NCBI GenBank assembly: GCA_020536535.1
Contig: JAHLWZ010000068.1
Coordinates: 16,196 to 80,195 of the forward strand
Reading direction: 5' to 3'
DNA length: 64,000 nucleotides
Origin: Pelomyxa schiedti
Taxonomy: Eukaryota > Protista > Evosea
Shown piece after piece: positions 29,260 to 43,900 of this stretch. Numbering within the stretch: the first letter of the stretch is position 1; each line of letters starts with the position of its first letter. The notes beneath the pieces were generated by a model. That model saw only the letters and a program-made list of their open reading frames with translations. It did not search any database and had not been told where the DNA came from. Both the position numbers and the translations under genes were made by a program.

Positions 29260-31419
29260 TCAACACTCACGACTCAACGAACTCATAGTTCTTCCTTGGA
29301 GCCGGCTTTTCTTCGTCGTCAGTGTCCACATAGTTTGGATCATTCTTATCTATTGCCCCTGGTGCAGTCATTTCCCCCTCAGGGTCAAATTGCTCCCCTC
29401 CTGTTTAGCATTTCATGTGTTATTCACAGGTGTTGAATTGGCACAATTTTCAGTGGATAATTTTAGTGTTTTCCTGTTTTTTTTTACCCTTTCTATCGTG
29501 TGCCCTATATCCCCTCTTCTCTGTTGAGTGCCTGTCCTTGAGAGCAGGTGGAGGAGGCTTGGGCATAGTGTTGGGCTGTCTTTGCTATTTTTTTCTTTTG
29601 CCACTGGCTGTTTCTTTGCAAATACTCTTCCTCGTCGGTAACAAGAGACAGCATGAGCAATTAAAAAGCACCTCCGTGTAACTTTTAAAACGGGAACGGG
29701 TTGGAGTATTTTTACTTTTTTTTTACTTATTTCAAAAAAGCCAGAGTCGTGTGATGTGTTTTAGGGTTTCACTTCTTGGTATCCACCTTTGGACTGCTTG
29801 TCTTGCTTGGTGCAGCAGCAACAAACAGTGATGACAATTATGATCACAACAACAACAGCCACTATAACAGCCAGAATGACTAACTTTTCCCAAGTCTCGA
29901 GTGATGGGCAGTACTTGTCCTTATCATCCCGGGAAACACAGGGACTCTCTGGCTCCTCAATATAGCCACATAGCGTGCAGGAGTAGCTGTGCTGGGTCAG
30001 AAAAGGGGGAGATTATATAGTCATACTAGTCCGTGACTTCATCGCTACACTTGGACTTCTGGCAAGTGTATGAATCTAGTGCTAAGTAGGCTGCAGCACA
30101 CTCTTCGTCAGCGAAGCACTTGTACATTTTGCGCTCCTCCTCCAGACAAACGGTGGTCATATCCACGGCACAATAAGAGGTTCCCGTATAGTATGAGCAT
30201 TCACACTCAGTTCCCGTCTCAGAGCAGTCGTCATCAGTTGTGCACTCCTTTTAGTGTTGCCTTGGTTAGGCTCTTTGTCATAAAGTAGGGAGGAGGAAAC
30301 ACGAAATTACCGTCAACTCGGGTTCGGTAAACGCGGTACAAACTCCCTCAACACATTGGCAGGAAGTTTCGCAAATATAATCTCCCTTTTTGATGTTAGA
30401 CCGAAAGTTATAAGCTGGAACTCACATCACAAGCACTTCCTTCACTGACGCTGAATAGTTCAATACAAACTGAGGTCACAGTGTCACAGATGAGGTTAGT
30501 TCCACAGTATGGGGAGCCAGTTTGGGTGCAGGTCTCTCCTTCCTTAAGAAAGTATTCACATTTGCCGGAAGTGCACAACATTCCAGTGTCACATGTCATC
30601 CCCTCACTCCTCCACATTAATACATTGTCGATAGAGGAAAGCATGTCACAGCTCTCCTGGTACTGATGAGGTTGGCACTTTCCGTCAGAGCAAGTCATAG
30701 TACCCCAGCAGCCGTGGTCATCATCACAATCATCATTAGCATTGCCAAGAGGGAGACAGACACTATCGACGCATTCAATCATATGAGTACCAAGCGCGTC
30801 TGGATAGCATATTGTTGTGGTGTAATTGCACTCAAGCCCCTAAGTTGTCGCCCCAACAGTAGGGGACCAGTAAGTGACGGAAACAAAGGCTAAGGGGGAA
30901 GACCTCAGAGCTTGTTTTGCACTCCTTGTCCAAGCAGTAGTAGTTATTAGGGCAACAATCACTATTTTTATCGATGCAAATTGCATCATAATCGCACTCG
31001 TCATTGGTGTCTAGGCAAGTGTAATTTTCTGTGCAGACCTCCTGAGAGGAAGACAATAACGAGACAGACTCCGAAATCGAAGTGGAGATTGATTGTGATA
31101 ATGAGTTTGATTGTGATGCCGAGGATGAAGTTGAGGTTGAGGTAGAAGTTGACAACGAATCCGATTCGGAGGTGGATATGGATTTTGAGGTACTTGTTGA
31201 AAGGGAAGTGGAGGTACTCAGTGACACTGAGTTTGACGTAGATGAACTATCCTGAGCATCTGCAACACCAAGAAAAGGGGAAAAAAAACTAACTTAGAGA
31301 AAGGAACATCTTGCAAACAAAAAGGGTGGGAGGGGAGGGAAAAAAAAAAAGAACAAAGTACAGTTTGTTGTCACGAACGCCAACAGAGCAACCAACAGTA
31401 CAACAGACAGTCTTGACAT
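29260..31419 (-). CDS. Cys-rich type I membrane protein (signal peptide, Ser/Thr-rich stalk, Cys-rich repeats, TM, short cytosolic tail)
   Basis: Signal MSRLSVVLLVALLAFVTT, an S/T tract at 31050-31250, many C-x(n)-C modules and a hydrophobic segment LVILAVIVAVVVVIIIVITVCCC. Confidence 0.7.
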
Positions 31420-31678
31420 GTGAGATCTTCAATCTGCGACAAACTCACGGGTGTCGTATTGCCGGTGCACCACTTCGCTTCACCTTTTGGTTTTTAAAAA
31501 ACTTCTTGGAAGGCGCACACAGCTCTCGATTTCTTTCGTTTTGTATTGACTGAAATTTTGGGGCAACGAGATAGAGAAATAGCGGAACGGTGGCAATTGC
31601 ATTTCGTCCATTCTTTAAATTTTCGGGTACTTGTTGGATTACTGTGATAAACAACAATCAACCAAAGGGCCATTTGGC

Positions 31679-33442
31679 TTAATCGTTGTGCTCCCACTGT
31701 GGTGTTGGGGTTGGTGGTGTGTAGAATGGCCCTTGTTCGATATACCTCTGTAGCCGTGATGTTTCTGGTTCGTCGGCAATGGTTGCGCCCTGGCGGGCTG
31801 CTTCTGCGGCTGTGGAGGAAAGAGCCTTCACTAGCACAAACTGCCACTCTTTGCCTTGCTTTGTTTTTGTGGTGGAGCGGTCATTTGTAAACTCTACAAA
31901 TCCGGCGTAGCCAAATAGGGATCGCGCCCCCCATATGTGATGGGCTAGGCCACAGAGCATGTGGAACGTTGCATAGACAACATCTTCAGCAATGTTCTTG
32001 GCATACTGCATGTAGCAACCAATGGCGTTAGTGGCAGGTGCTCCAGAGCTTGGTTCCAACGACAACCATTCATCTCTAAGTGTAGTGCTTGCCTTTGGGT
32101 TGGTGACATGTACATTCGCAGAAAGGATGAGCCCCAAAGCATTAAGTGCGCATATGCGAATGGGTACACTCGTTGACGTCGTTTGAGAAAATAGCTGGGG
32201 AAGTAGTGGCGGTGTTAATGATAAAAGAAGTCCCAGCCCAGTTCCAGTTGTCCCAATCTTTTGAGGTCACTTAATTGATTTTTATGTCTAAAAGGAATTA
32301 AAACCTTGCCAAACGCAAGCAACAGCTCAGTACCAAGTTTCTCGTTCTCATGCCAAAGGCGGTACAGTTCATTGATAACCTTTTCCATCAACACTGCTGG
32401 GTTATTTACAACGGCTTCCTTGCGCTCATTGAAAAGGTTTGAAAACGCCCGAACAGCGGAAAGTTGGAGGGAGTTTTCATGTGTGAGCAGTTGAAAAACA
32501 GGTTCTAAAATTCCGTTTGCTGCAACATATGCAAGACCCTCATCGGATTTGGATATCTACACATTTTATTGGTCACTAGGATCCCTCTAAAATTGGTACC
32601 TACCTGTTCTATAACTTCAAGTGCATTCAGGGATTCCATCATATCACTTGAAACTAGACATCTTGGAAGTATGGCGAAAAATCCAGAGTATAAAGGTAGT
32701 GCCTAAGAGATAACAATAAGGAACTGCACAAGAAAAAAAAGAGGTGGCTAGAAGGGTGCTGAAAGCTTACGTTTGGGTTAGCAGCGCAAATCTCAGCTGC
32801 CAGTCCTATTACTCTGTATTGCATAACAAGTTGAACTTTAGGTCCGCACACATATGTTACAAGTTGAGCACGAAGCCCCTCACCAAGGTCGCCAGCATTA
32901 TGTTGGGCAACCTACACTACATTGAGTAAACGGAAGCGAACACGCGCCATCACCAACATCACAGCAGTGGCATTATTCTCACCTGAACCAAAAGTGACGC
33001 AGCAGCGCGAGAAACGCCGAGATGTTTGCAACACAAGGCCCTCGCCGCGTAAGGCATGAGGCCACCACACGCCAAATCGGCGGCACGCCCGCCCTCTGCA
33101 ACGAGCAGCATCACCTGGAGCACCAGCACCACGACCATTGCCTGCGCCTCACTTTGCACGGCCAATTGCTCGCCGCCGCCGCCGCCGCCGCTGCTGTTTG
33201 GGGGGTTCAAAACGCCCATCAGCAAAGACATCAACTCGGCAGACTCCACAACGCGAGGCGCGCCGGCCCTCTGTGCTAGCGTCAAGAATTGTCGGCACGT
33301 GTCCTGCACGACGTACTCATCCGCTAACAGACCAACACAGCGTGATTAATCATACGACATGGCCTACGTTTATTGAGGGGTTCTCTTACATACGATCGTT
33401 CAGTTGCGGCAACAACGGTCCTATCTGCTGCATTAGATCCAT
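31679..33442 (-). CDS. PSMD5: 26S proteasome assembly chaperone PSMD5/S5b (Hsm3-like)
   Basis: The C-terminus AGFVEFTNDRST..KEWQFVLVKAL..LQRYIEQGPFY matches the PSMD5 end. Armadillo-like helical body. The first intron (GTATGT) joins LND|PDEYVV. Confidence 0.8.
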
Positions 33443-33632
33443 CTTCTATCTCCTTTCTTTTTTTTTTCAATTTTCTTTCTTTTTCTGCTTTTATTTTTGT
33501 CTGCCTGACCATCAGAATTGTTTGTGGGCCAATTGAGCCAAGTGGACTTGAGGCAAAATTTGAGTTCAAATTGGGTGGGAGGACCCACCAGAAAGAAAAA
33601 GACACGAAAATTACAACACCTTGTTGGGGTGG

Positions 33633-36600
33633 TTATTTTTTGGGCCTTGTTCCTTTATTAGAAGGAGCCGGCGAACATGGTGGTGACTTTCTCCATGCCC
33701 AGTTTGTAGTCTGGGAACTGTTGGTTTGGTGAGCAACGAGAAATGGGTGCTGGTGAGTAAAGAGAACCTTCTGAATGTCAGCCAGCAGTTTTTTACATTC
33801 GGGGAGTGTCTCAATGACGTGGTACAAATTAGCCAATTCCTGTGTATAAGTGATTTCAGGAGTTTGTGGGAATGAAGAAACTAACGAGATAGGCAGCTCC
33901 CGGTTGGGACTCGGAGAACCGCTTGTAAATCATATGCGGTTTGATGAAAAGATGTCTGTGCTTAAAGAAGGATATGAATTGTTTCACATCCTTTTCAACA
34001 GCTTTCAAATCTTCACGCTTGGTACGGCCTGTTGTAAGGTAGCGCCGTTGCTCTTTAGAAAACATTCCAAATACCTATAGGAAGTTGTTTATGAGGTAGC
34101 GGATTTGCAGTACAATACCTTGGCAATGCAATGAAGAGTGTTGATAATTACCACATTTCCAGGGGAATTTAGACCCAGGATGTCAAAAAACTGGATAAGT
34201 AACTTGTGTTTCTCCAAAATGTCAATTACACCGGAATGGTAAGTGAGGATGTTGTAGAACAGTTTCCAAGATTCTTTACTGACCGCTTTGTGTGGGTCCC
34301 GGCAGAGGGATAAAAGCCTGGCACAAAAGGTTAGTTCAGCAGGAATCGTGCCAGAAATTACTTGAAATAAAATGCGGAATCATTTTTCTGGTACTCGAAG
34401 AGAACTTTAGTTCTGAACAAGTATCGGAGACTGCCGGTAAGAACTGGTTTGAAAAAAGAAATAAGAAAAAAAAAAGGCACCAAGGTATTTACAGGCTCGA
34501 CAATTTGCAGAATGAGAGCCTGGAATACTTGTTAGATGGGTAATGACTTGCAGCAAATCGTCGATATCTGAAAGACTTTGGGATGAGAAACAAAATTAGT
34601 GGGTTGGTTACCTGATTCCGAAACCTGTATCTCTTTCCTCGATTTTGGTCGAGGTGTTGGTGTGTCCTTAGGATGATGCTCTTTACTTTTTGACAATGAC
34701 GACTTGCACAGTGTTAGATGCATAGAGTTCAGACTAGAAGAATCTCTTACAAGATATTTTCCTTTTTTTTCGGTCCTCTGGACAAGTATTTTTAGGAAGT
34801 CACATCTCTCACAGAGCTTTTCAAAGACTCGGCACAAGGAGACCAGTGACTTGGGTGTTTTAGTGTTTGATCAATATTTTTTTTCTGTACGTTTGTTGGT
34901 TTTGGTTTCTTTCGAATTTCTGTAAGCAACTTGCAGAAAAACTCTTCACTCATAAGAAATGGAAGCACATCAGATGTTGTATTATCAACAACAGTATTAA
35001 GTAAATCGATCCACAAGTTACTGAGGGTCTGTCAAACAGTTGGGCTTTTAGTCACACCGTATGTGCAACTACCTGTACTGTGGACGAAGGGAGTTCTTTT
35101 TCTGGATCGTACATATCCTTTAAAACATTGTCTGAATTCATTGTATAGTAAGAAAGGAGAAGTGACTTCCAGTCACTCAGCAGTACGGAGAAAAGACAGC
35201 GCATGGCAAACTATTTAGACGTGTTTAGTGTTGTTGAAGTGCGTCAAATACTACCTGTGAGTGCGAGAACTTCGATCTTAAAAGTTCTCTGACCATCTCA
35301 ATGAAATCGTAGTTTTGAACTTGTGGCTATTCAAGTCTAAGATCATCACTCGAGAACACAAATCGTACCCCAAGAATTGGCGATTTCATGACTTGGACAA
35401 TCGCGAAAAGAATGAAGGAAGCAGCACTGATACTCCTGCTGGAAAGTGCTGGAAACATCGCGGAAATTTCTGTTTCAGCTGGTTGATCAGAGAGATCCAA
35501 ACACTGAGCAAGATCCTAACGAAGGTTTGTAATACAGAAAAAGAAAATGAAGACTACTGGAATTTCATGTCTGGCGCCCTCTCTTGCAATAATATTTACG
35601 TAATACATAGCACATACTGTAGTGATGAAGTCATGGCAACTTGGAGAAAGCTGTGCTGAGCGTTGGCAGTTAATTAGGACAGAAAGACAAGTACCATTTG
35701 ATGCACAAGACCCAAAGTGAGTGAATTGTAGGGGTAGAAGTCTTGAGGGACCTCAGAGAAAGCAAGACAACATTTTGCAAATACACTCAAAGCATACAGG
35801 TCTCTTGCTTCAACAACTTGAGTTAAGGCTTCTGGGTTGGCTCGCACAATCTCATACGCCAGGAGGGCAATCTAGTTTTTTGAATGAATTTCACGTAAAT
35901 GAAATGGAATGTACTTTGCATTCAAGGCATCTTGAACACATGTTTTCCCACACATCGAAGAGCTTGGCAAATTGGTCTGGAGGAAATTTCCTGGCAATTT
36001 CAGAGCCCACTGTTATGACAGAGAGAGCAGCACCAGTTGTCGATGCCATTGGCTGCTCTATGAGCTGCAAGGGGTTAAGGATTGTCCCTCACACATATCA
36101 CTTTTCTAGTTTTAAAAAAGACAAAAACTGTACCTCTGTGAAGGAATCTAGACACATTGGTAACAGAAGAAGCGTTTGTAAGTCTGTGTAGGATAGAGTT
36201 TCTTGGTGCACGATGTTTAAAGCTGTCTATTTGTTTGTTATGCTGAGGGATAAACTAAGACAAGAAACCTTTCCAGTGGATGTTATTGCGCCAGGTTGTG
36301 ATAAATCAGCAGCAGTCTGCAGAGCTAAATTCCGCGTAAAATAGATAGAAGACATCAGATTTGGCACAATTTGGGATAAATACTGTTAGACTATGTTAGT
36401 GCAAACCTAATACAAAAAAAGGGGGTTGATTACACTTGATCGCAATGGGTCTTCATCGGGCTGTGGGAGTTTAGTCAGATCAATTTTTGGTTCTTTGAAA
36501 ACTTTCTTGTAGGCCTCTGATTTGTGATGTGGTACTGGAACGAAATTCTGTATGTCCATTTAACCTCCAAAACCGTTGGATAGAAAATACGCACAGATTT

Positions 36601-38176
36601 CATGCTATTATCCCGCTGCTTTAGGATTTCCACATAAATTTGACTAACTTTCGTTCTTGTTCTTTGTGGTATTTCGACTAAAGATAAACTTAATTCCTGA
36701 TCAGTCTCAGAGACTGATGCAACAAAAGGCTTATAGGTAACTCCAAATCCCTAACCTTAAATTACTATAGGTTATAATGACATGGCGTATTACCATTGCC
36801 ACATTAGGATCAACATAAGCCGGTTTTACTAATTGGATGACTTGTCCATGGTCAACTTTTTCTGCAGAAAAGGTTGGAGTAGCTTGTACTTCTAGCTGTT
36901 GAAGATTTGAGCACAATAGATAAAAACGCGAAAGTACCTCTTTGGAGGGTTTCAGATTGATGACTGTTTCCAGTTGGGATGGGTGAGGTGGAATTCTGGG
37001 AAGCTTTTCTGCACACAGTAGTGCCCATCTCTTCATGGCCAGCTCGTATTCTTAAGTCGAGTCAGGGACATTGGAATAGGTAAAAGAAGGCCAACGTTCA
37101 AAGGTGTCATAGTACTGTGGAATGGGTTCCTTGGGGATAAGAGTAGCTTCCCAAGGATCCACTTTCAGAGGAAGTAGCCAGGCTGCCACATCTTCTTCAG
37201 CTCCTTCTGAGGAAGTTGCTTTCATTCAAATTACTTACAAGAAAAGAAAAGAGTATAGAAGTACTCGATCTCCTCTTCATCTCGTACTCATCAACGAAAG
37301 CTTCCTAATTAGAATAAGGAAAAGAGTTTACTACACGTTGGGTGAGGTACCCCTCTATCTTGGGTGTGCTTTGGACGGCACAGATGCCTCCCCATTACAA
37401 CGGGAAGTTGAAGAGGTCCTAGGGACTCTTCCGTGTTGGTTTTCCACTTCATTACTGCCTCTGCATATCTAACGTGGGGTAAACAGGCTATGGAGAGGTT
37501 TGTACTCTTCATATGTCCCATAAGACTCTGGTTCTGGCATGTCTACAAAAGTGTGATCCTGTGTGGAGAGGGTGAGGGGATGCCAGTTTTTATTTGGTGA
37601 AGAACTTGGTGTGAAACAGGCCGCGGCACAGAAATATATTGTATATCATAATAAGTGCTCCTGTCAGGACCCACAAATGCAGCACCTCCCCACATGGAAG
37701 GTGCAGTAGCAGTAGCAGTAGCAGTAGCAATAGCAGGCGAGGAAGGAGACGTTGAAAAAGAAGCCAGGGACATTAAGGACTGGCACGACTGTGAGGTGTG
37801 TAGTGAAAGTGCTGGCGTCGCTGCAGGGCTAGACGGCGGAGACGAAGAAGGCGAGGACGAAGGTGACGACGACAAAGCCGCCGGTGATGTAGGCGATGTG
37901 CCGGCCAGTGCAATAGAAAGAAGCGAAGATGAACTGGAATACGACGAGGAAGACAGCGGCTTAGCAGTCAAATCCGGGGTCATGTTAGGGCCAGCGTATT
38001 CTGCCCCGACTGCGTTGTTTATGTATGGCAACAAAAGAGGAGGGAGAAAAACAACAACAAAGCACAAGCAAAGCCGGGCAGTTAGTCAAACGCTAAGCAA
38101 GAGAGATTCATTCAGATCTCAAGATCTCCATACGATTTGTTCTGTACACCCGTACACCACCCACAGCCGACGACAT
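33633..38176 (-). CDS. large multi-exon hypothetical protein (Ser-rich N-terminus, probably alpha-helical repeat body)
   Basis: Chain of minus-strand exon-like ORFs separated by short GT-AG introns, including PWEATLIPKEPIPQYYDTFE..AMKRW. No confident family assignment. Confidence 0.55.
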
Positions 38177-38472
38177 CTCGTGTCAAGGGGCGAAAAGAAA
38201 ATTAAAAGTGAAACGGACACTAAAAAGCATCACACAATCCCGGCAACATCAACTTCGCGTAATCTAGACCGCCAGTTTCTTTCACAATGTTTGGTTTAGA
38301 GAGGCTGGGGGGGTTGAAGTCTTCTGGAGTTATTTTGTTTACGTTGGTAAACATTAATTTTTTATTATTACACACAGCCTCAGGGTCTGGTGTCACACAC
38401 CCCTGTATACTGTGTAAGTTAGTTTGGCTGCTGCTGGACTGTTTGTTGCTGTTTGGGGGATTCTGCATTCAC

Positions 38473-39445
38473 TCAGTGTGTTGCTGATTGGTTTGCTCTT
38501 TCAGTGGGAGTGTTTTGGGAAGGAACTGTGATGGATGTTAGTTCTCTTTCCGGTGGTGTGTTCATGTTGTTGGTCTCTTTTTCTAGTGGTGTTGTTGCTG
38601 TGGCTGTGGCTGGGGTTGTTGACTTGATGAGTATGTGTGCTTTGTCCATGGAGGAAAGTGTTGCGAGTTGTTTGTCTGGTGGAAGCATCATTGGAGTGAG
38701 CCGGATTTCCGGCTCTGTTGATGGGATCAGAATGCGATCCTTGATAGAGGGAGGGGTATTGATTGGGGGTGTTGCTACAGGCCCTGAGCTCACAGGCGGT
38801 CTTTCTGGTGGAGGGGTGTTGGCTGGGGGTATCTCGGTGGGGGTGGTTGTATTCATAAGAGTTGCCTCGCTTTGTGGAATGTTGCTTTGTAGTGTGGGAG
38901 GAGTGGTATTCGGGATTTTGTCAAGAGCTGGGGTGCCCGTTATACTGAGTAATGTTCTTTCTGTTGATTGTGTGTTGACAGTGGATTTCACAGTGGTGTT
39001 AGAGGTGCGTGTTAAGTCTGGTATTGATGTGCCATTAACGGTTTGCCGTGTTCTATCGGCAACGCTGCGTAGAGGCTGGTGTCTTTCTGCCACCATCATC
39101 GGTTTAGAGGAATACCCTTGCAATGATTGAGTGGGTGTTTGGTTTGCTTGTAAGGGATTGTACCTCTATCTATAGGCATAAGAGCACACAAGTAGACATC
39201 ATACAAAGGCTTCGATACTAACAAATCGAACTGGATGAGAATTAGGAAAGCTATCTCCAAGTCGTTCATCTCAGTTGCTGTTACACCACCCACACGAGCA
39301 TAATAAGAGTTTGGATAAAATTCATCCTCATAAAATTTGGATGCCACCGTAGCACTAAATAAAAGAAAAAGAAAAATTTGTCAGAAGAAAGTTGGATGTG
39401 TTTTTTGTTCCAAGGTTTCAGAGTTAAGTGTGACTCTATTATTAT

Positions 39446-39479
<34 letters not shown>

Positions 39480-40002
39480 AGATCCAGCTACTTATATTTA
39501 TTTTAACACACCTAGCCAGAAACAGCCTGTGTACGTTTGTGTCTGTCACAACGAAGCCGGGGTTTTTATCCACGGCCCTATCTATCAGCGCCAGCGACGC
39601 CACGAGCGAGCACTTGCTGAACCCGCTGTACTGCACAATCCTCTTGAGGTACCACCCCAGGCACACCGCCGCCGGCGCGTTCCGCGAAGCGCCGTAGAAC
39701 GCCCGCTGCGCCGTCGCCGGCGTCAGGTCCGCCGGCGCGATCCCGTGCGTCGGCGAGCACGACGACGCGGAGGACGGGGAGCCCGAGGCGGAGCTGAGGA
39801 AGTTGATGCGCGAGGCCGAGCTGGACGCCGACGAGGAGGAGGAGGGCCGGATTTGCGACGAAGAAGACGAGAGGACGCGGCGTGGGGTGGTCTGTTTGAT
39901 GCGTGTGCTGAAGAATATCGAGGCGGCGTCGGGGAACCAGTCCAGGGGCTCCTCTTTGTGTGTGGTGGAGGAGGAGGAGGAGGAGGAAGAGGAGGATGCC
40001 AT
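38473..40002 (-). CDS. PHO80/U-type cyclin with Thr/Pro-rich tail
   Basis: YLKRIVQYSGFSKCSLVASLALIDR..NVHRLFL, VASKFYEDEFYPNSYYARVGGV and EMNDLEIAFL. Confidence 0.9.
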
Positions 40003-40933
40003 TATTTTATATAATGTATAAACTTGTTTGTTTGTCTGTCTGTCTGGTCCCGTGTTGTTGTTAGACAACAACAATTGTTGACAACTACGGGGTGTCGTTT
40101 GTTTCGGGGGTTTTTTTCTTTTGTTTGCGTTGTGGTGCTAGTGTGGGACCGTGCACCGGTTCTCCTTCCCTTTTTTTATTCTATTTTTTTCTTTGTTTGT
40201 GGTGGACGATCGTGACGGCTACTGCGGATTTTTTTTGTTTTTCCTTTCAGTAAGGGATTTCGCCTCTTGCCCTTCCTGGGTGAAGACAGTGCACAATTAG
40301 TTACAGAGATGCACGTTCTTTTCTATATATAACTTTCCATCTGACTTTTCAACCCCCCGATCTACCATAAAGGGCAATAACCACCACTCTTCATTTCGCA
40401 GGCGGTAAAATCACCACATCATCGTGTATGTTGTTGAGGATTTTGCAAACAACACCACAACCAACACCAGGAAGCCAGTACTGCTCGTTTACCGTCATTG
40501 GATATTCAGTTTATATGATCCAACCAATCCCTCTCACAAGTCTCAGCTACTCCCACAAAGATGGGCGACATTGGTGTTGTTTTCGTTAATGCCAGATGGC
40601 CCCTTAGGCTTAAGTTATTTTCTCTCCCACACAACGAGCAAAGAGGGAAGCACAACAGTTGAAAGTTTCCTGCCTTTACCTTTTTGCCAAAGGAACAGAA
40701 CCAACCAAAACAAGAAATTTGTAATACCGTCAAACCGAGAATCCATCAAATCGCCGGAAAAAGGGAGAAAAAAACAAAACACCGATTGGCTTCGTAGACT
40801 ACGCCCACAGGCCCACCCCCAAGGCCAGCACACCCACCACGCTTCTCGACGATCTCTCTCGAACCCCCTACCCGCCGACCAACAAACCCGCGCACGCCAC
40901 ACCACACCACACCACAGCGCAGCACATCCAACC

Positions 40934-43900
40934 ATGTCGTCGCCCTCGCCGGCGCCGTCTTCGCCCCTGTCTCTCCTGGCGGTCACCTCCGCCCCGTCGT
41001 CGTACCGCCGCTCCTCGTGCTCGGCGCTGACCGAGACCACACCCTCGTCGTCGTCGTCGTCGTCGTCGTCGTCTGCTGCAACAGCAACCTCTTCGTCCTC
41101 GCAGCACCAGAGCAGTAGCCACGAGTCGTCGTCTGGGCGGCATCGCCACAGACACCGGCACCACCACGACGGCAGCGCCGCCACGTCGGCCTCGGCCTCG
41201 GGCTCCGGCGACCAAGAGGACGAGAAATCTGTGGAAAGCGACAAGGCAAAGGACAAGGACAAAGAAAAAGAAAAAGAAAAGGAAAGGGATAAAGAAAGAG
41301 AAAGAGAAAAGGAAAAAGAAAAAGGGACTGGTGGTGGTGGTGGAGGTGATGGTGATGATGAGGATGGCAAGCAGGGGAGGAAGAAGGCTGCCCTGGCTAA
41401 TGAGAACACTGTTGATTCTGCTGATGTTGGCGCTGGTGACGATAGGGCTGGCGTTGGTGATAGGGCGAAAATGACCAGTTCAACCCCTTCTTTGATGTTG
41501 TCAGTGGCCAACACATCGAATTTGCGTCGTTTGACTACACCACCTTTGTCTGGTAGTGGTGGACGTGACAGGACTATGCCAAACATTTCATCAAGGATTG
41601 ACGACGGTGGGGGTGCCGATGGCGTTCTGATCCATGATTTTGATGATTCTGAGGAAGATCAGGAGAGTGGAGAAGACGATGAAGATAAGCTCAAGCAATC
41701 TGAGGACGATGTCCCTTCAACTGGTAATTTACAGGGGAGGCTTTTCTCAATTTCTTCCCACCCCTTAACGTCACTACCTTCCAAAATTCCCAACAGAGGA
41801 CGATGATGAAGGTACTTCCAGAGAAATGCAATCACTTAGCTTCTTACATTATATGAAGAAGAGGAATCTGAGGACTTAACTTTGGAACAGAAACTGGAGA
41901 AGGAAAAAAGTAAAGTGGCACATTGCAAAGTTACCATCGGGAGTTTGATTGAGCAAATCACCACATATCAACAGTACTTATTATATCAATGTACTCCTTA
42001 GTAACTGCCATAAGAGTGATGGAAGAAGTTCGGGCCAACGAAAGGAAAGCCCAACAAGAACTTGAAGAGGTAGGGTTAAATCTTTGCTCGTTGTTGATAC
42101 ATGGTAGCAATTGGAACAAGAAAAAGTGAAAAGCGAAAACCTCCGACAGCAGACAGTAACTCAACTTCAGTCGTTGCTGAATGAATTGTCCTCCATTGAT
42201 CAGGTAAGCCACTTCATGATTTTAAGACAATCACCTTTTCTAGGCAAATAAAACGTTAAACTTCGAACTGGAAACTGAAAGGAAAGCACACTCAGTCACT
42301 CTGCAACAATTACAGGAACTTAAAGAATCTGCTCAGGATGGCCCCAGCAAAGTGCATTTTCCCTAAATCCCCCTGACCAACACATAATTGCTACATAGGG
42401 TGTTCTTATGGATGCGGAACAACAAATCAAATTAAATATTCAAATTAAAGGAGGCAAAATTAAAGTAGTTGAATTAGTTGAAGAAGCTCAAACAGGCAAT
42501 TTCTTTTAATTAGCTTGTAGCCACTCATCAACTTGTTCAGCTGAAAGAGACCTGAGTGAGGAAAATATGTTTTTGACTCAAAAGTGTTGCACACTCATGC
42601 AAGAGAAGCAACAACTTGAAAATGAATACAAACAGTCTAAAGACCAATGTAGGCACCACTTAATTTCTTAATAATGAATTTAAAAACCTTATTCACGATG
42701 AAAGGTGAGGCAATGCAACAGAAGTTTAAAGTACTGGGTGATAAAGTCCTTGATGCCCAAAATGCAATGAACCAACAATTAGAAGAAGAAAGAAGGCAAA
42801 ATGATCTTATGGATGAGGCTGTAACAGTTTTACGACAAATGCTTGGGGGAAAGGCAGAGGTACTCCACATCATACTAATGACATGACTAACTTAACAGTA
42901 TAGTATGCTATTTCCACCCTTCCAGAAGCATACAGGAAACGGTTGCTTAAACCACTCAAGAACACGACGTTGAAACCAATCACTCCTGCTTTTCTGGTTG
43001 AAGAGGTGTGGACCACCAGAGTTTTGTATTTCCAACTCAAATACTCAATTAGTTTATTCCACCACCTGCCGCACCACCTCCAGTGAGGATTGTAACACAA
43101 ACTCGACCTTTAATTCCTCCTCTTCAACGCACTGTTCCTCCTCCACCTGCCACTACCTCACCTTCCCTTGCTACTGATGAAAAAATGTGGATAGAAATGG
43201 CAAAAAAAATAGGACCCCCAGAACCCCACAAACCCAAATTTGATCCCACATTTTCCCATGAAGAATATAAGCAGTATATGCAGGAAAGAAAAATATATGA
43301 TGAATGGGAAGAAGCCATTGCTGAAATGAGCAAAAACCTGTCTAAAAACGCATCTGTCATTGGTCTACAAAACCAGCAAGGTATCCCACTAGTATCTCCA
43401 AGAGTGCGCCCACCAGCCCAGATACCTCCCCCACCGGTTCCTGCATCTGCAGTTGCTTTGGCCAAACCCAAAATTCCTCCTCCAGCCACTGTAACTCCTC
43501 CCCCAACTGCTACTTCACCTCAACTCACAACGTTAACTGCACAAGTTACCTCACCCCCCACGATCACCACACAACCGCCTATTCCCGCTCTTCAATCTGT
43601 ACCTCCAATGGGTTCTGCCTCTGCAAGTTCTTCTTCCACTTCAACTTCAACTTCTACATCTGTCATTGCTTCTTCACCCCCTGGCTCCCCTCCCCTCTTG
43701 CCCGCAAATCCAGCCGTGGGGGCCACAGTAGGATTTACACCAACCATCCCCCCTCTGTTCCTGAAAGGTATGGCACAGGAGGAGAAATCCCGAGCAGCTC
43801 AGGTTGTCGAGGATCTTCTGCAAAGTGTGCGTGCCAATAAGGAAGAAAAGGTTGCCTGAGCCTCTATGCCTTCCCAACAGCAAATAACAAAACAAAAAAC

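Noticed and set aside
38220-38475. Stop-codon readthrough or alternative genetic code after the cyclin TGA
   Set aside because: Conserved genes in the window use TAA, TAG and TGA as stops and apparent internal stops fall in introns, so nothing supports recoding.
37655-39130. Long plus-strand ORFs (37655-38299, 38453-39130) and similar antisense ORFs such as 40615-41586
   Set aside because: They are shadow frames of low-complexity exons on the opposite strand.
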